Assembly (NCBI GenBank): GCA_965153285.1
Contig: OZ229111.1
Length of the DNA: 64,000 bases
Source: Podarcis tiliguerta
Lineage: Eukaryota
Strand: one strand, 5' to 3'
The notes beneath the pieces were generated by a model. That model made no database searches, was not told where the DNA came from, and saw nothing but the letters and a program-made list of their open reading frames with translations. Shown piece after piece: positions 1 to 13,757 of this stretch (its first letter is position 1; each line of letters begins with the position of its first letter). Made by a program: the position numbers and the translations under genes.

Positions 1-502
1 AACCTTTTTCCAGTTCTGCAGTATCCTTTTTTGAGGTGAGGTAACTAGAACTGTACACAGTTTTAATTTTCAAACCCTTTCTGAAATTCACAGCTGCTGG
101 GCTCCCCCCCCCCCCAATAAATAAACGAAAACTTCAAGCTATGGTTTTCTTTGCAGGGTTTTTCTGTCCATACATTCATGTTTTAACTATCCAAGAGTTA
201 CTCTGTGATCCAAGTCTACGAAGTTTTTTCTATGATTTTAGCCATGATTGTAACCAAACATACACACAAACACTGGCTCTTTTCCTGGCATAGCAAACTG
301 CACCCCCCTACATTGCAGGCTGTCAACCTTCTGTCTATTTCTTTGCTTTTGTTCCTCCACAGTTTTTGTCACAGTTACAGTTTGAGTTAAAATATTCCCA
401 AAACACAAAAGGCAAGGTTAAAGGTACTCTGGGAGCTGTAGTTCCCAAACCTCTTGATTGCAGTGTTAAAGGTAGTAAAAAAGACTACATTTTGCCATCT
501 AA

Positions 503-631
503 GATGGATGGGAAACCTGTGGTCCTCCAGATGTTATTGGACTTCTCCCATCAATGCCAGCCAGCATGGTTTGGGGTGGTGGAAGTTGTAGTCCATCAAT
601 ATCTTCGAGCGCCACAGGTTCTCCTTACCTG
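503..631. mobile_element. Decayed palindromic hAT MITE
   Basis: acctgtggtcctccagatgtt ... ccacaggtt, same family as 63332. Confidence 0.7.
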
Positions 632-742
632 ATCTAAGACACATCCCTTTGTATCCTAAACAGGAGTGTGTCCCCATGTTCCTCAGTGAGTTACTAATAA
701 GTATTTTTTAAAAAAATGTTTAGCTTCAAATTTGGCCATTTA

Positions 743-782
<40 letters not shown>
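743..782. repeat. (CT)n(GT)n microsatellite
   Basis: Direct reading. Confidence 0.95.
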
Positions 783-2294
783 AATTTCATATTTCTGCAT
801 GAATATGCTGTTCAGTACTCCCTTTGTACTGTCCAAATACTCCCTTTAAAAAGCTTCACACTGAGGTTATACTTGAAAAAAGACAGATAATTAACTCTTG
901 AACAAATTTCTGCTTTGAGAGAGGCTTATTTTTAGCAGAGTTCGTAGTTGCTGGCTGCGTAACAACATAATTCACAGTTCATTGATCTTGCTTGTACAGA
1001 GCTATGGTGTAGGGTCAAAAGCTTCATCTGCTATCACAATGGGTCAGGATTTTGTATGCTGGATATCTGACACTGGGTAAAAATGACAGAAGAGTGACAG
1101 ACTTCCTGCCTATTTTCTCAAATTTGCCAATTTACAAACTGTAGCACAGTGCCCATGAGAGAGATTGCTATTGTTACCAGCTGGAAAAGCGTTGGGAAAT
1201 AAGCTGTAACCATACCTATTGAAAAACAGCTTGATGGTGTGGAAGATGTGTGAGTTTTTAGCCTACTTAACACATTTAGCTTTATCTGCAGCCCAGTAAA
1301 ACCAAAATTCTTGGCCTGAAATTAAATTGTAGAGAGGATTGGGTTGCCTATGTGTAATTTTTGAACCCTCTCTGGAGATACAGCGTGACTGAACCTTGGC
1401 CTTTTTATGTTCAATTACTCATAACTCTAATATTTTAAGTTCAAATACAGTACAGAAAACAAATGGAGCTTAAGTGATTTTTAAAACGTAAAAAAATATA
1501 GAATTATTCTTCAAAAGAAAATTATAATCCATCTCCTCACCACCACTACCTTTGTTCCATCAGCTATTTATTCCAATTGTAATGAAATGTTAGTCCTTTT
1601 GCATTTTTAGTGAAATTTGTACCTACATCCCCACTAAAAATGTAGTTACTAGTTTTTAGCTGCAATTTTTGCAAATTTGTCGTTTATTAATCCCTCTAAT
1701 ACTATTTTTCTATTATTTATTAGGGTTAGGTTTTTATGGATTTTTGCATCAGGTTTCTTACCAATCTAGTGAAACTTTTTAAAAAGAGTTTCAGGTGTGT
1801 ATCTTTAATGTTTCTCAAGTGTTCACTTAATAAGTTGTAGGTACTGTATTCCACTCCCTGTACACCCCTAAAATATGCTTTGGAGGGTCCCCCAGTCATT
1901 CAGAGCAGATTTGGGTGACATGTGGAGTGCTGTAGTGGAATGGAGAGAGGGGAAAGAAAAGCCATGTTGCTTGAGACATTTGCTCATACTATATTTGGTC
2001 TCATCTGTGGTATATGCAGAACAATTGAAGATGTATGGAACATACAGGAAATGCCTCTTGTAAGACTTGGAAATTTTGATTGCTTTTGTAGGGTTATTAA
2101 TTAATGCCAATTCTTTCTAAGTGCTGTTTGTTATAGTAGTAAAGAGTTGTGGGTTACTGATTTTTTAAAAAAATACACATTGTAGTATAAGATGCATTTA
2201 AATATTAGCAGCTTTGGATATCACTCAGGCTTATTTACAGCTTTGTGTAAAACAACCCACTCTAAAACAGTTACCATTCTCCCATTTAAAACAG

Positions 2295-2391
2295 GGAGAA
2301 AGAACAAACACAAGAAGAGGAACATTTGATGGAAGAAAAGAAAAAGAAAAAGCAGGAAGAAAAGAAAAAGAAGGAAGGTGCTCAGAAAAAG
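2295..2391 (+). CDS. TNRC6C: TNRC6C N-terminal Lys/Glu-rich coding exon (..EKEQTQEEEHLMEEKKKKKQEEKKKKEGAQKK)
   Basis: Acceptor tttaaaacag|G and donor AAG|gtttgt, with an open frame ending in phase 0. The peptide resembles the recalled TNRC6A/B N-terminus ([29 protein letters not shown]). It starts in phase 2, so the first exon is upstream of the window. The ORF track misses this frame. Confidence 0.88.
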
Positions 2392-3719
2392 GTTTGTTTG
2401 AATGTCTCTTTAATGATGTAATTTTAGTATTTTAGGGTGATTTCACCAGTGTGTCTTGGATTAATTATTTGGATTTGCTTTTATATATAGTCCCATAGTC
2501 TGTGACCAATATTTGTAAAAGCTACCAAATTTTATGCATATATTTGGTTTTCGTCACATTTCTTCTAACAGGCAGAAATATACCATGTGATCTATTCATC
2601 TGTGCATCTAAGAAAATGCTTTTACTATAATTGGATTAGAAATCCCCATATTTATTATCCAAGAGGGGCCAGAGGCCTCCTAAACCTAACCCAGACAACT
2701 GTTCCAAAAGAAACCCATGGTTGATGCTATCAAAGGCTGCTGAGAGGTCTAGGAAAACCAGTAGGCTTTCACTCCTTCTATCCAATCCCCATTAGAGTGA
2801 CGAAGGCTGTTTCTATCCTGAAACAGGGCTTGAAATCAGATCAAAATAGCCCATTTGTTAACACTTGGTCTATAGACCATTATGTATAATTAAGGATTTT
2901 TCTTTCATACAAATTCAGTTTATAAGTTGTAGTTTAATTATGAACAATATTTTAGTAACACATGTTGCCAGGATATAAAGAACTGTGCAGCTAGTTCCAC
3001 ATGCCTGGGGAAGGTTCAGGATTTGGGCTTGAGCTTCTCAAAAGGCAGCAGCCCCCATGCCACAGACCAATTGGAGGAAATTTTCGGGAGCAACTTGTAG
3101 TGATGAGGGTGATGGGGATGATGATAATAAATATGTTTCTGCCCCACTGTTTTTACCAGAGGGTTCAGGTAGATTTCAAATATATCAGTGTGATACACAT
3201 AAACAAAAACACAGCCTAAAATCGTAATGAATTACAACGAAAAACATTAATGTAAATCAGTAACGGAATGTATGAGAAAATCAGACACCTACAAAAGCCT
3301 GCTTAAATAAAAGCAAATTCACCGCCCACTTAAACTCAGGGAGCAAGGGGCCAAGACACTCTTCTCTCAGGAGGCTCTTTGGAATACCTGGCCCTGGAAT
3401 TCTGGCCTTGCAGTCATTTGCTCAAAGAGAAGGGGGAGCCAGAATCCCCACTGAGTATGTCCAAGCATTTGGATGTATTTTAAGTAGCTCTTTTGAGACT
3501 GGACATTAAAAATGTTAACCTTTAACACCTCTGGCATCTACTTTTTCCACCCAAAACTTAATATATTTAAACTGCTCATAAAATTCTTTCTATGATTCTG
3601 ATTTGCAAGCAACTTACAGCCATTTTATTGCATTTAAGGCGGTTTCAAGTCGATTTCTTTCAATAGAATAATGGCTATTTGCAAATATACTCATTTAAGG
3701 TACTTGTGGATTGTACTGT

Positions 3720-3806
3720 GGATTCGAACCGCCAACCGTCTGATCAGCAAGGCCAAGAGGTTCAGTGGCTTAGACCACTGGTTTAGACCACAGCACCACC
3801 CGCTCC
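3720..3806 (-). mobile_element. Sauria SINE 5' head fragment
   Basis: ggattcgaaccgccaacc...ccacagcaccacccgc matches 4619-4670. Confidence 0.75.
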
Positions 3807-4336
3807 TGTTTTACCTTGTATATCTTCAAGATATAAAAATATTTCATTACTTAGTCTAATTCTTTCATTGACACTCTAAACTATTTTCATTACTCAGTTC
3901 ATGTAATTATTTAACTGCTTGTGTGATTAGTGCCAAGAGTTCTCTGTAAATATACTGAAGTGCCTTATTTCATAATGTATCATTATGGGTGATATTCAGA
4001 TTTCAAAGCTTAATACTGCTTGTCTTAGTAGTGTCTATACATAGATAGTCTGTAAATTATAACATATATTCAAAATAAACTCTGTAGCATATGTTCTATA
4101 CATTCATTTCTTAAGTGGTAAAGCAGCAATTTGTTTTATCAAACTAGACCTATATGTTGACTTCTGCTGCTGAGGGCCCATCTTTGCTTTCACTTGAAAG
4201 CAGAATCATGAGTTAAAATGAACAAACTTCTAGAGGAAAAGATGTAAGAAACTAAAATTTTAACTTTGAAATATAGTGGCTTCCCAAGTAGAATACACAT
4301 TTTTATATGCATATAAACAAATGTTTTTAATGCCAT

Positions 4337-4673
4337 AAAGGTAAAGGTAAAGGGGCCCCTGACCATTAAGTCAAGTCGTGACCGACTCTGGGGTTGCGGT
4401 GCTGATCTCACTTTACTGGCCAAGGGAGCCGGCTTAAAGTTCTGGGTCATGTGGCCTGCATGACTAAGCCACTTCTGGCGAACCAGAGCAGCGCACGGAA
4501 ACACCGTTTACCTTCCCGCTGGAGCGGTACCTATTTATCTACTTGCACTTTGATGTGCTTTTGAACTGCTAGGTTGGCAGGAGCAGGGACTGAGCAACGG
4601 GAGCTCACCCTGTCGCGGGGATTCGAACCGCCAACCTTCTGATCGGCAAGTCCCACAGTGCCACCCGCATCCC
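4337..4673 (-). mobile_element. Sauria SINE, near full length
   Basis: (ACCTTT)n tail, read as aaaggtaaaggtaaagg on +. tRNA-like head with B-box GGTTCGAATCC on the minus strand. Approximately 16-bp TSD tttttWatgccataaa on both sides. Confidence 0.9.
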
Positions 4674-5163
4674 TTTTTTTTATGCCATAAACCATTGCAA
4701 AAATGTATACATGCATGTGCCAGAGAGTGAGGGTTGGTCACAGCTCACATTCTTCATATATGTGCTCCTAAATGTTGAGATCTCTCAAGGAAGTAGTGTT
4801 TTTGTGAAGAGATAGCTATGAAGTTATTGCCCTTTTGTGCTGAAGCCTAGTTCTACTATTGCTTGGTTGCAGTCCTAAACACCTTACTGCTTGCATCTGT
4901 AAGACTTCATTCTTCTTGTTGCACCAAGAAGAAAAAAAGTAAGCACTATAATATATTTCAGGTGTTCTGCTGCCAGTAAAAGGCTATGGAAAAACAACAG
5001 CTCTGTCCTCCTCTATTCTTAAAAAAAATGTGTATTCTAAACTGTTGAGCAAGCCATATTTGGTTATATGTTATATATGGTGTGGTTGATTGCAAGATGC
5101 TTTTCACAGATGTCTTCAGTAAAAATCTTGCTACTAACAACTTTTTTTCTTTTTGTTTTTCAG

Positions 5164-5185
5164 GCTGCTGAACAAAAAACCAAAG
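5164..5185 (+). CDS. TNRC6C: TNRC6C 22-nt microexon (AAEQKTK + first base of V)
   Basis: Long pyrimidine tract ctttttttctttttgtttttcag| and donor AAAG|gtaatt. It joins the phase-0 upstream exon to the phase-1 exon at 30140, giving EQKTKVPE as recalled for TNRC6 paralogues. Confidence 0.88.
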
Positions 5186-5454
5186 GTAATTGAATAATTG
5201 ATTCCTTATAAAATATTCATTGCTTGCAATTATTTAGAATTGTCATTTCAATGCAGAATATAGGCATTGAACTGTTTCATTGTGTGTGCAGTCTTTAGAC
5301 TTTTGTGATACTGGTTTTAAGCTCGCAGACATACACTTACTTCAGGCATCATGAGCAAGTTCCTCCTCCTCCCCTTCTCTGGTTTGAGATAGCCATAGTT
5401 TGCCATGATATCTGAATTGGGCAACCATGGTTCCTGCTAACTATAGTTTGCATA

Positions 5455-5696
5455 CAGTGGTACCTCTGGTTATGAACTTAATTCGTTCTGGAGGTCCGTT
5501 CCTAACCTGAAACAGTTCTTAACCTGAGGTACCACTTTAGCTAATGGGGCCTCCCACTGCTGCTGCACCGCTGCCGCATGATTTCTGTTCTCATCCTGAG
5601 GTAAAGTTCTTAACCCAAGGTACTACTTCCGGGTTAGCGGAGTCTGTAACCCGAAGTGTTTGTAACCCGAGGTGTTTGTAACCTGAGGTACCACTG
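5455..5696. mobile_element. Tigger/pogo-like MITE
   Basis: TIRs CAGTGGTACCTC...GAGGTACCACTG, TA TSD, and internal GGTTA/TAACC subterminal repeats. Confidence 0.9.
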
Positions 5697-7220
5697 TACT
5701 AGCCAGGGAATGAAACTTGCTTCAAAATGTGGTTTCAGTCCCTATTTTGGAGGCTTCGTATTTGAGGAGTTGACATCAGTACTGAGACAAATCTTGCCTG
5801 GATCACCTTCTCTGAGCAGAAGCTCTTTCCTACAGTCACTGGGATGAGCCACAGAGATGAGAAGGGTAATAAGGTATTTTCCTCTACTCTCTTAGCAAGG
5901 GATTGAAGGCTCACGGTGTTTCTTTTGTCACTTACATAGCTGCTATATCTAAAAAGGCCTTGAAGCTTCAAGCCACACTAAAAATAGTCATGAAAATTCT
6001 GTGCCAAGAAAGGCACATATCTATGCACATTTGCACAAGTATATGCTTATTTTCTAAAATTCTCCTGCCAAACTGCTGGAGTGGACTTGCAGTTGAATTC
6101 ATATGCCTTTCTGAACCATGATTCTGACTAGGTGACTGGATCAGTCACAACCCTTAGTTCTTATTACAGTAAATTTAGAAAACCCTATGAACGGCACCCT
6201 CAGTTTCTTGGCGAAGACAAACACATGTCACAAACAACAGCTAGAACTAGCCTGTGCCTATGGTCAAAGAGGGCAGCACCCTTTCCAAACAAGCCAACTC
6301 TCTGTCTGTCCCCCATGCTATAATAATCAAAACTCCTTGCTCAGATAGCCATAGGTGGCTTTTAAAGTACCGTGTGTCTTTAGGTATACTTTTGTGTTTT
6401 TTTATCAAAAGAGGGAAGTGCGACCAGCTGTCCATGCATGCATCACCCGCCTTGCCTTTGTAGCCTTCCAGGAAAAACAACCACTAACAAATTCCTAGAG
6501 AAAAGCCTTGAGGAGGCTGATGGATCCATTAGCTCTCCATTTAGCCTCTCACTTTTGATGGTAATACCTAGCAAATCAGAGCATCTTTGTTCACACCTCA
6601 GCTCCACTTTATGTAGAACAGGAGCAAATAAAGGTGCCTTGATTAGGTGTTGCCAGGCGTAGGGAAGAGGCTGTATGCCTCTGTTGCCCTTCCTGTGGCT
6701 TTTTTTACAGGAAGCGGAACCAATCCACTTCCAGCATGCATACCCACCTCTTGCCAGCTACTGGGCCCACACCCTAATCCAGCTTCTGTCACCCCTCTCT
6801 CATGGTATTCCCTCCTGTCTTGCCATGGTGAGGCAAGCCTTCCTTTCCAACTCCCTTGACATTTCCAAGTCCCCTTTCCTCTTTCTGTGTTTCATAGAAT
6901 TGGAAGGAACCCCAAGGTTCAATGCAATGTTGTTTCTCTCTGGGCTTCTTTTGCTTTTGGGCTTTTCTTTTGGTGTCTGCAATTTGAAGATACCAGGGAG
7001 GCAGTTACAAAGGAGTTGGTAACAGTGGCTGTGAGAAATTTTTAATCATGACCTCACCTTCTATGAAGTGAATGTAGGCCTTCTCTACCCCCACCCATTG
7101 TGTAAGGCAATGTTTCTCTTCCAGCTTCAGGGAGTGTGTAGGTAGGTGTTTTTAAGACATGTTCTCTTTTGTTTTGCATATGTGACACCTGGAAGATTCC
7201 ATGACAGAGTATGGCTGAAA

Positions 7221-7282
7221 AACGTCCCCTACCCCTGAGCCTACATGTAATAACGTCCCCTACCCCTGAGCCTACATGTAAT
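7221..7282. repeat. Perfect 31-bp tandem duplication
   Basis: aacgtcccctacccctgagcctacatgtaat twice. Confidence 0.95.
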
Positions 7283-10140
7283 ACTGAAGTCTTGCCCACT
7301 AGAAATCTTATTTAACCACACCTTTTGGTTTTGAGGTTTCATCATATCCCACCAGGCATTTTCAAGCATGCATTTGCAGTCATGAGACTAAAAATGCTCC
7401 CTCCAAAGATAAGAATAATTCTGTACCCATTGCTAGAGTCTATGTTTCTTCTTCACTTGCATAGAATACATAGAAATATGCACAGCCCTGCTTCAGATTA
7501 GCATTTCAGAGTGAGGTCAAGACTTGAGATCAGAAGTAGCAATCAGTGTTCCACCTGAAAGTCCCATTCTTCCTGATTTTGCCTCAAAAATATGGTGGGG
7601 GTTGACAGCCTTTTAGAACTTGGAGGACAATGGAACGATTCTTTCCCACTGCTCCATGTCAAGTAATTTGGGAAAGTGCCCCTCACTGTCACTGTCATGC
7701 ATCTTTTTGCTTCATCATTACAAAGAAAGTGGGTGGAGAAATACTATTCTTAAACAGGAATGAATCGAAAGGTTTCTGAAGATGTTTAGGCTGATCACGT
7801 GAGGTGTTACGATAAATCTGTACCAGGGTGACTTCTTAAGCTCCATTGACCAATGGATAATCAACATCAAAATCTTTCTCTCTCTCCATCTGGAACAGTA
7901 AGCTGTTTGTTTAGCAGGAACAAATAGTAGTTCCAATATTCAGTCCTTCTGCTTTGTTTCATTCACTTCAGCAAACCTGTTGTCCCTTGATGGCAAAGTT
8001 TCAGGAACGCGACATTCAGGGAATTACATCTTGATAACCATGATAGTGGCTCTGTCTCTGTATATTTCCCCAGCCCTGCCCATTTTCCTTTAATTGATGG
8101 GACTTTTAGGAAGATGATGGAGCCAGCAGCAGAAGTCATCCTGAGAGATCCCAGTTAGCTTGGATACCTTTGTTCCCCCAACCTGAAAGAAAATTCTGAT
8201 TGATTTGTGGTTCTTCTCAAAAATACTTTTATCTTTTTCAACAGGGACCCCTGCTGTATTTTTCTCTCTCTAATGAAAAACAACAACAGAAAACAGTTAA
8301 CTTTCATACTGTGTTTTTAAAGAAAGTGGAATCGCATATCCTGTTAGGTATAGTTTGGTGTAAAATAACACCAACTACTGCTTACTTAGCCACATTGTCT
8401 CCTGTAGTCTCAGGAAGGAGTGACTGGTTAAGCAGAAAAACGTTCTTCCTGTATGTGGGTGTATGTGGCATGCTGCCAATTAAATATTACACAGGGGCCT
8501 CATATGGCTAAATGTTTTCATTCATGGCATAGAATGTACAAACTATCCAAAATAAATATATGTACCGTCTTGCAATAGAAGGTTCTTTGGAAAAGATTTT
8601 CTGCTTTTGATGTTACTGTTCCAGTGCATAACTGAGAGCTGTTTCAAGAAAGACTTACTTTCTACACAAATTCCATAGCATTGCTGGATAACACTAAAAG
8701 TATATTGAGTTCAGCATTCTGTGTCCAACAATGGCCAGTCAAGGGACACAGGGATGCTTGCAGACAGAGCATGATGGTGAGATCCATTCCTTGATGTTTG
8801 TCTGCAGCGTACACATGTTTAGTGTTCATTTGAAAGGAACTTGCATGTGTCTAACTAGACACGGAAAAGGTTCAAAGGAGCTAAATGTGTCATCTTTATC
8901 TGCTACAATTCTTAGGATTCATGTGTTGATTACTGCAGTCTGCATTTTCTATCATGATTAGTCATGCAGATATATAGTTGATGAGATATAAAGCATATGC
9001 ATTTTTTTATTTTATTCATTCATTCATATTTATGCCTTGCTTTTTAGCCAAGATTTGCTTCCAAAGTGTATCACTGGTCACTGAAAGGAGTAGCTGCTTT
9101 CCACAGATATGTTAACCTCTTTCTTTGCTCTGGAGACCTAACAAATGACTTTTCTGCTTGATCATTTTCACTGTCACATTATCATGAGTTGTTGGGACAA
9201 TCTCTTCTATGTGATGTTAGAGGACATTCCATAGCAGCCATGGCCAAATTCATTGACTTTTCCAGAGGGGTTATTACCCCAGAAAGGGGAGTGCACTCCA
9301 GTACTACTTTTGATACCAGTATTCTCAATAGCCTTCTTTGCCTGACAACATCAGCAACTTTCTCCAGGTATGCTAGTTTGTGTCATGGAGAGTTATTATG
9401 AAGAACAAAAGTAGGTTTCTTATGACTACATAGAGAAATAATCCAAATGTTGTCATACAACCCACACTAAAGATGTGTCTTTAAATTAGGAGTGAGGAAC
9501 ATGTTAGATGCTATTTTACTGAAACTCCCACTATCCCTGCCGTGTTGCCTGGGTCTGCTGGAAGTTGGATGCAAACAACGTTTTGAAGGCAGCGTGTTCC
9601 TCATCCGTGCTTTAGGTTGTAAACTCTCAGTGTGGTTATGAAGCAAGCAAAGAGGCCAGCACTCACTACATCTCTTTAGACATGTGCAAAATAGAAGGAA
9701 AGAATACTTAACCATTGACTCTAGAACATTCTCTAAGTTGCTCTGTGGGAACTGAAAACCCATGTGTCCATTTCACAGTACACGAAGAACAACTACTCAT
9801 AGATAAGCAACTTTCTCCCCCTTTTAATTAGTTCAGGTTGTGAAGTAAAAATAAAAGAAAGTTCTAGATTTGTTGGATCCATGGAAAGTCTGTTGAGTAC
9901 ACTGCCCCTTGGTTTTCCTGATGGTCTTTGCAGAGAATGTTTAAGAGCTCCTCTTTTGCGAGTTTTGTAGTTTGTTATTCATTTTTAGAACACCATCAGT
10001 GTACAGGCCACTTACAAAGTAATATGAGGAACAAAAACACACACACCAAAAAAAACAAAAACAGAGACAGCTACTCTGTTATAGTGCTCCCTCTTCTCCT
10101 GAGACGAATCTTTCTTTTTCTTGTTACTAAGGAAGGAATA

Positions 10141-10374
10141 CAGTGTTACCTCAGGTTACAGATGCTTCAGGTTACAGACACTTCAGGTTACAGACTCTGC
10201 TAACCCAGAAATAGTACCTCGGGTTAAGAACTTTGCTTCAGGATGAGAACAGAAATTGCGCGACAGCGGCAGTGGGAGGCCCCATTAGCTAAAGTGGTAC
10301 CTCAGGTTAAGAACAGTTTCAGGTTAAGAATGGACCTCCAGAACGAATTAAGTTCTTAACCCGAGGTACCACTG
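10141..10374. mobile_element. Tigger/pogo-like MITE, same family as 5455-5696 in the opposite orientation
   Basis: TA-flanked, with CAGTG(T/G)TACCTC TIRs. The body is the reverse complement of the 5455-5696 copy. Confidence 0.9.
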
Positions 10375-12483
10375 TACACTGGATGTGCTATAAATCTTCA
10401 CTAATGAGAGGTGACAAATTGGGTACCATTCCAAAACTGCTCTTCATAGTTTAGCAAAATGTTTAAAATTCAGATAAAGCCACAGTCTGAAAAACGTGGG
10501 AATCACTTTTTGCCCTCCCCCTCTGGTTATATTTAAAGCTTAAAAGCTTTAGTCCCGATTCCCTAATGGTGGAATAGGAATAGTAGATTCAATAACTCAG
10601 CTCTCACAAATCCTCCGGTGATCCTGGTATAGACGACATCCTTGCCTTTCCCCACCTTTCCTCTGTTTTGTTTGATGAATTGAATTAAGCAAAATACTAT
10701 GCCTGCCTTTCTTTGCTTTTCTAAGGAAAAGAAGCATTAAACGTCAGTGATTTGCTGAGAGAGCTTGCGAGTTTTGTGTCGGGCCAAAAGGTCATTCAGG
10801 AAAATCAATCTCACAGAATAGCACTGTGCTGGCTAGAATATAAATTTAGCCCAACTACTCAACAATAGTTGAGGTAGTTGTGATCAAGCTTCCTGCTGCT
10901 TTATGGTTATTTATCCGCCCACAGTGTATACTTCACTGTGCAATAAAAGACTTTTTTTGCTCTAATGTGCTTTGCCTAGTGCACTTTATTAAGCCACACC
11001 AGCTGTGATGTGCCCAAACAGTTGAAATTTTAGAAATCACAATGGTTTTAGAAAATTCATTTTTATTTTGGCATGGGATAGAGTGGGATAGGCTGAGATC
11101 TATGTACTCAGGGATTATTGTCTATATGCGAAGGGCAACGTCTGATAGCTACATCACATAGCTGCAATATTTGAAGAAAGAAGACTGCTGCATATTGTGA
11201 TATACAGGAAAGATTATTCTAAACCATGTTGCAATTTTTTAGGAGTGTTTATTTCATATTTCAAAACTACATTGGCCATGATCCTGAGCACCATAGGCCT
11301 ACAAGGTCTGTGTATCTGGGAGTCCTTCTGTATGTTCAGTTTCATATGTGAAGTCACATTCCCCATGATAACAGGCATATTTTAAAAGGTGTGTTCTAAT
11401 AATTAGGACATCCTCCTCTCCATTGTTCTCTATGCAGGTAACAGTTATCAGAGGACTAATATACATTCACCATGTCACTTGTGAAGGGTACATATGTTTG
11501 TAAATAGCTGTATTTTACAGTATACAGATGCAATGACCAAAAAAGGCTCATATTTTAAAGGGAAGTGTGTTCATACAAGGATATGATCTTCACAATTGAT
11601 AGGTTGAATGTTTCTCTTATAGTCCAGTACATATCAGATGCACAATTTTTAAAAAAGGTTTTTAAACAGATGTCTCATGAATGTGCATAAATCTAAACAC
11701 AGTATTTCCCTGAATAGTGGGGATAAAGAACTCAAAAAGTGCTTGATAAATATTAAACATATTCAGCTGAGTGCCTCTTGCAAGCAGTTGGGGGGGGAGG
11801 GGGGAAATGGAGCATCCTGGAAGAGGGCATAGCTTCTTAAAAAGCCTTCCACATGGAAGCATTTGACACACCTCCTTTCCTAAAGTTTTTGAAGAAATGC
11901 AGAAAATAAGGGCCAAAGATGTTAAACATTTCTCCTTTACTGAAATGTTAACTCTTCTGTACCTTTAATGAAATGAGCATTGCATCTCCCCCGCCCTCTC
12001 TGAGTAACACCAGTATCTGCAGGATCAACACAGGCATAAGAATAGTGTGTGCTCCCTCTGCTGTTTGCAGAAGATTCCTCTTTTAGATTGTTCATAAAGA
12101 GTGGTTCTGATATGCAGGGTTTCCCTCTTCACTGATAGGATGCCATGCTGTGTGGGGTTTCCCCCTCTTCTCTGTATCTTTTCCAGTTCTTCTGTGGTAA
12201 CTCTGCACAGTACTCATTGGTGTTTCCTAATGATTCCTAACATGTGCCAATGACTTTTTGAACCTTGTCCACAGTGACTCCAAAGTATTTCTATGGAATG
12301 ATAATATGTAACTTGAAAGCCAACATTTTGTATAAATTGGAATTCTGAATTTATTAATTTTATTTCCTTTTTTAAATTCCCCCTCCTCTAAGGGTGTTAC
12401 ATTTTTCTGTAACTCTTTTTAAAGTTTGCTTTATATGTTGTTACTTCACATGTTCTTGATCTTTTCTGAGCTGCCCCTCTAAA

Positions 12484-12484
<1 letters not shown>

Positions 12485-12523
<39 letters not shown>

Positions 12524-12532
12524 GAGAGAGAG
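12485..12532. repeat. (TG)n...(AG)n microsatellite
   Basis: Direct reading. Confidence 0.95.
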
Positions 12533-12969
12533 AATATGGAGTCCACATCTTAAGCTTGAAAAAAATGTTTAAAACAGTGGTATTACAGCATGGATGATTT
12601 GATTGAAACCAACTTTGCCCTGTTCCTTGTCATAATTTGCTGTAAGCAGAGCTGTATCAAATGCAGACCATTCTAGTTAGTGCAAAGCATGCATGTGTCT
12701 AAAATCAACTGTACAGAATTTTGAATGAATGAAGTAATAGCATAATATTATTAGTGGTTTTAATAAAACATTTAATTTATTTTAACATTGATGTAATAGA
12801 ATCTGATTTACTGGGAGTGGCATTTAATTAATTTAATTCAATTTAGAGAGTTAACTCTATTACATATTAGTACAGAAAATTACCTCTGAACAGTCATTTC
12901 TCATTGGTGACATGCAATAAGTTAATTTAGCTCCGAGTTCGTTTGGGTGCATTGTGAGTTGTGCACAGA

Positions 12970-12983
12970 GTTGCCATGGCAAC
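12970..12983. promoter_or_regulatory. Perfect palindromic RFX X-box GTTGCCATGGCAAC
   Basis: Exact 14-bp match to the RFX consensus palindrome, in a segment with no recognisable TE. Confidence 0.7.
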
Positions 12984-13696
12984 GGGTGCTCAAGCAAGAG
13001 CTGCCAACTAAAACAACAAATAGAATAAGCCAGCTCTGCACACTGGCACCGTTGTTGTTAGTCTGTAAACACAGACATATGGATTCTGTTTGCTCTATGC
13101 CTGATTCTAGTCTCTTTGGTGTTTTTAGAGGAAGCCACTTGTTTATATGTTTATAATAGCTGGAATTGCCCTGGAAGATTTAGCGAACATAAATTTGAAG
13201 GCTTCTCTGGTCATGTAAAAGAGTGGCTACATCTGCAAGAAAAACAGAAGGGTTCATTGTTATGTGTGCAACAAATTGAAAGGAGCGCTGCTGGTTTTCA
13301 TCAACTCATTGATTGCAGAATTGTGTGTGTGAGAGGGAGAGAGAGAGAGAGAGAATGAGCAAGCGAGAGAGGGTAGGGTTTTTTTTATACAGCAGTTGAG
13401 AAATCTAAAAACTGCTGGATCTGCATTCCTAGTGTTGCTGAATAATTTAAATGCTGCTTCCCATATATGTCATTAATGTATGATGGCCCTGCAGACATAA
13501 AATTCTGTTAGGCTTCAGCTGAATTAATGAAGAGCTCTCCTGATACTGTATCATTCCAAGTTTTCAGTATTGAGCACTAGAATGTCTGTTTTCTTGTGTG
13601 TTTTTTTAAAAAAGAAAAGTGTACTAACCAGCAGAGAATGCTGGCCTTATTAGTCAGCCAAAGGAAACATTTTATGGTTCTGGACCATGTTCTAAC

Positions 13697-13757
13697 ATGC
13701 AAGAACTAAGGGCATTAACAAACCTAACAGATTCTTCTTTGATGTTCAGAAAAAAAG
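13697..13757 (+). CDS. TNRC6C: Candidate coding part of an alternative first exon of TNRC6C (MQELRALTNLTDSSLMFRKK|V)
   Basis: ATGs at 13697 and 13742 are in one frame, preceded by an in-frame TAA at 13625. Donor AAG|gtaaca is phase 1 and so compatible with exon 30140. The upstream region looks promoter-like. No transcript evidence is available. Confidence 0.5.
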
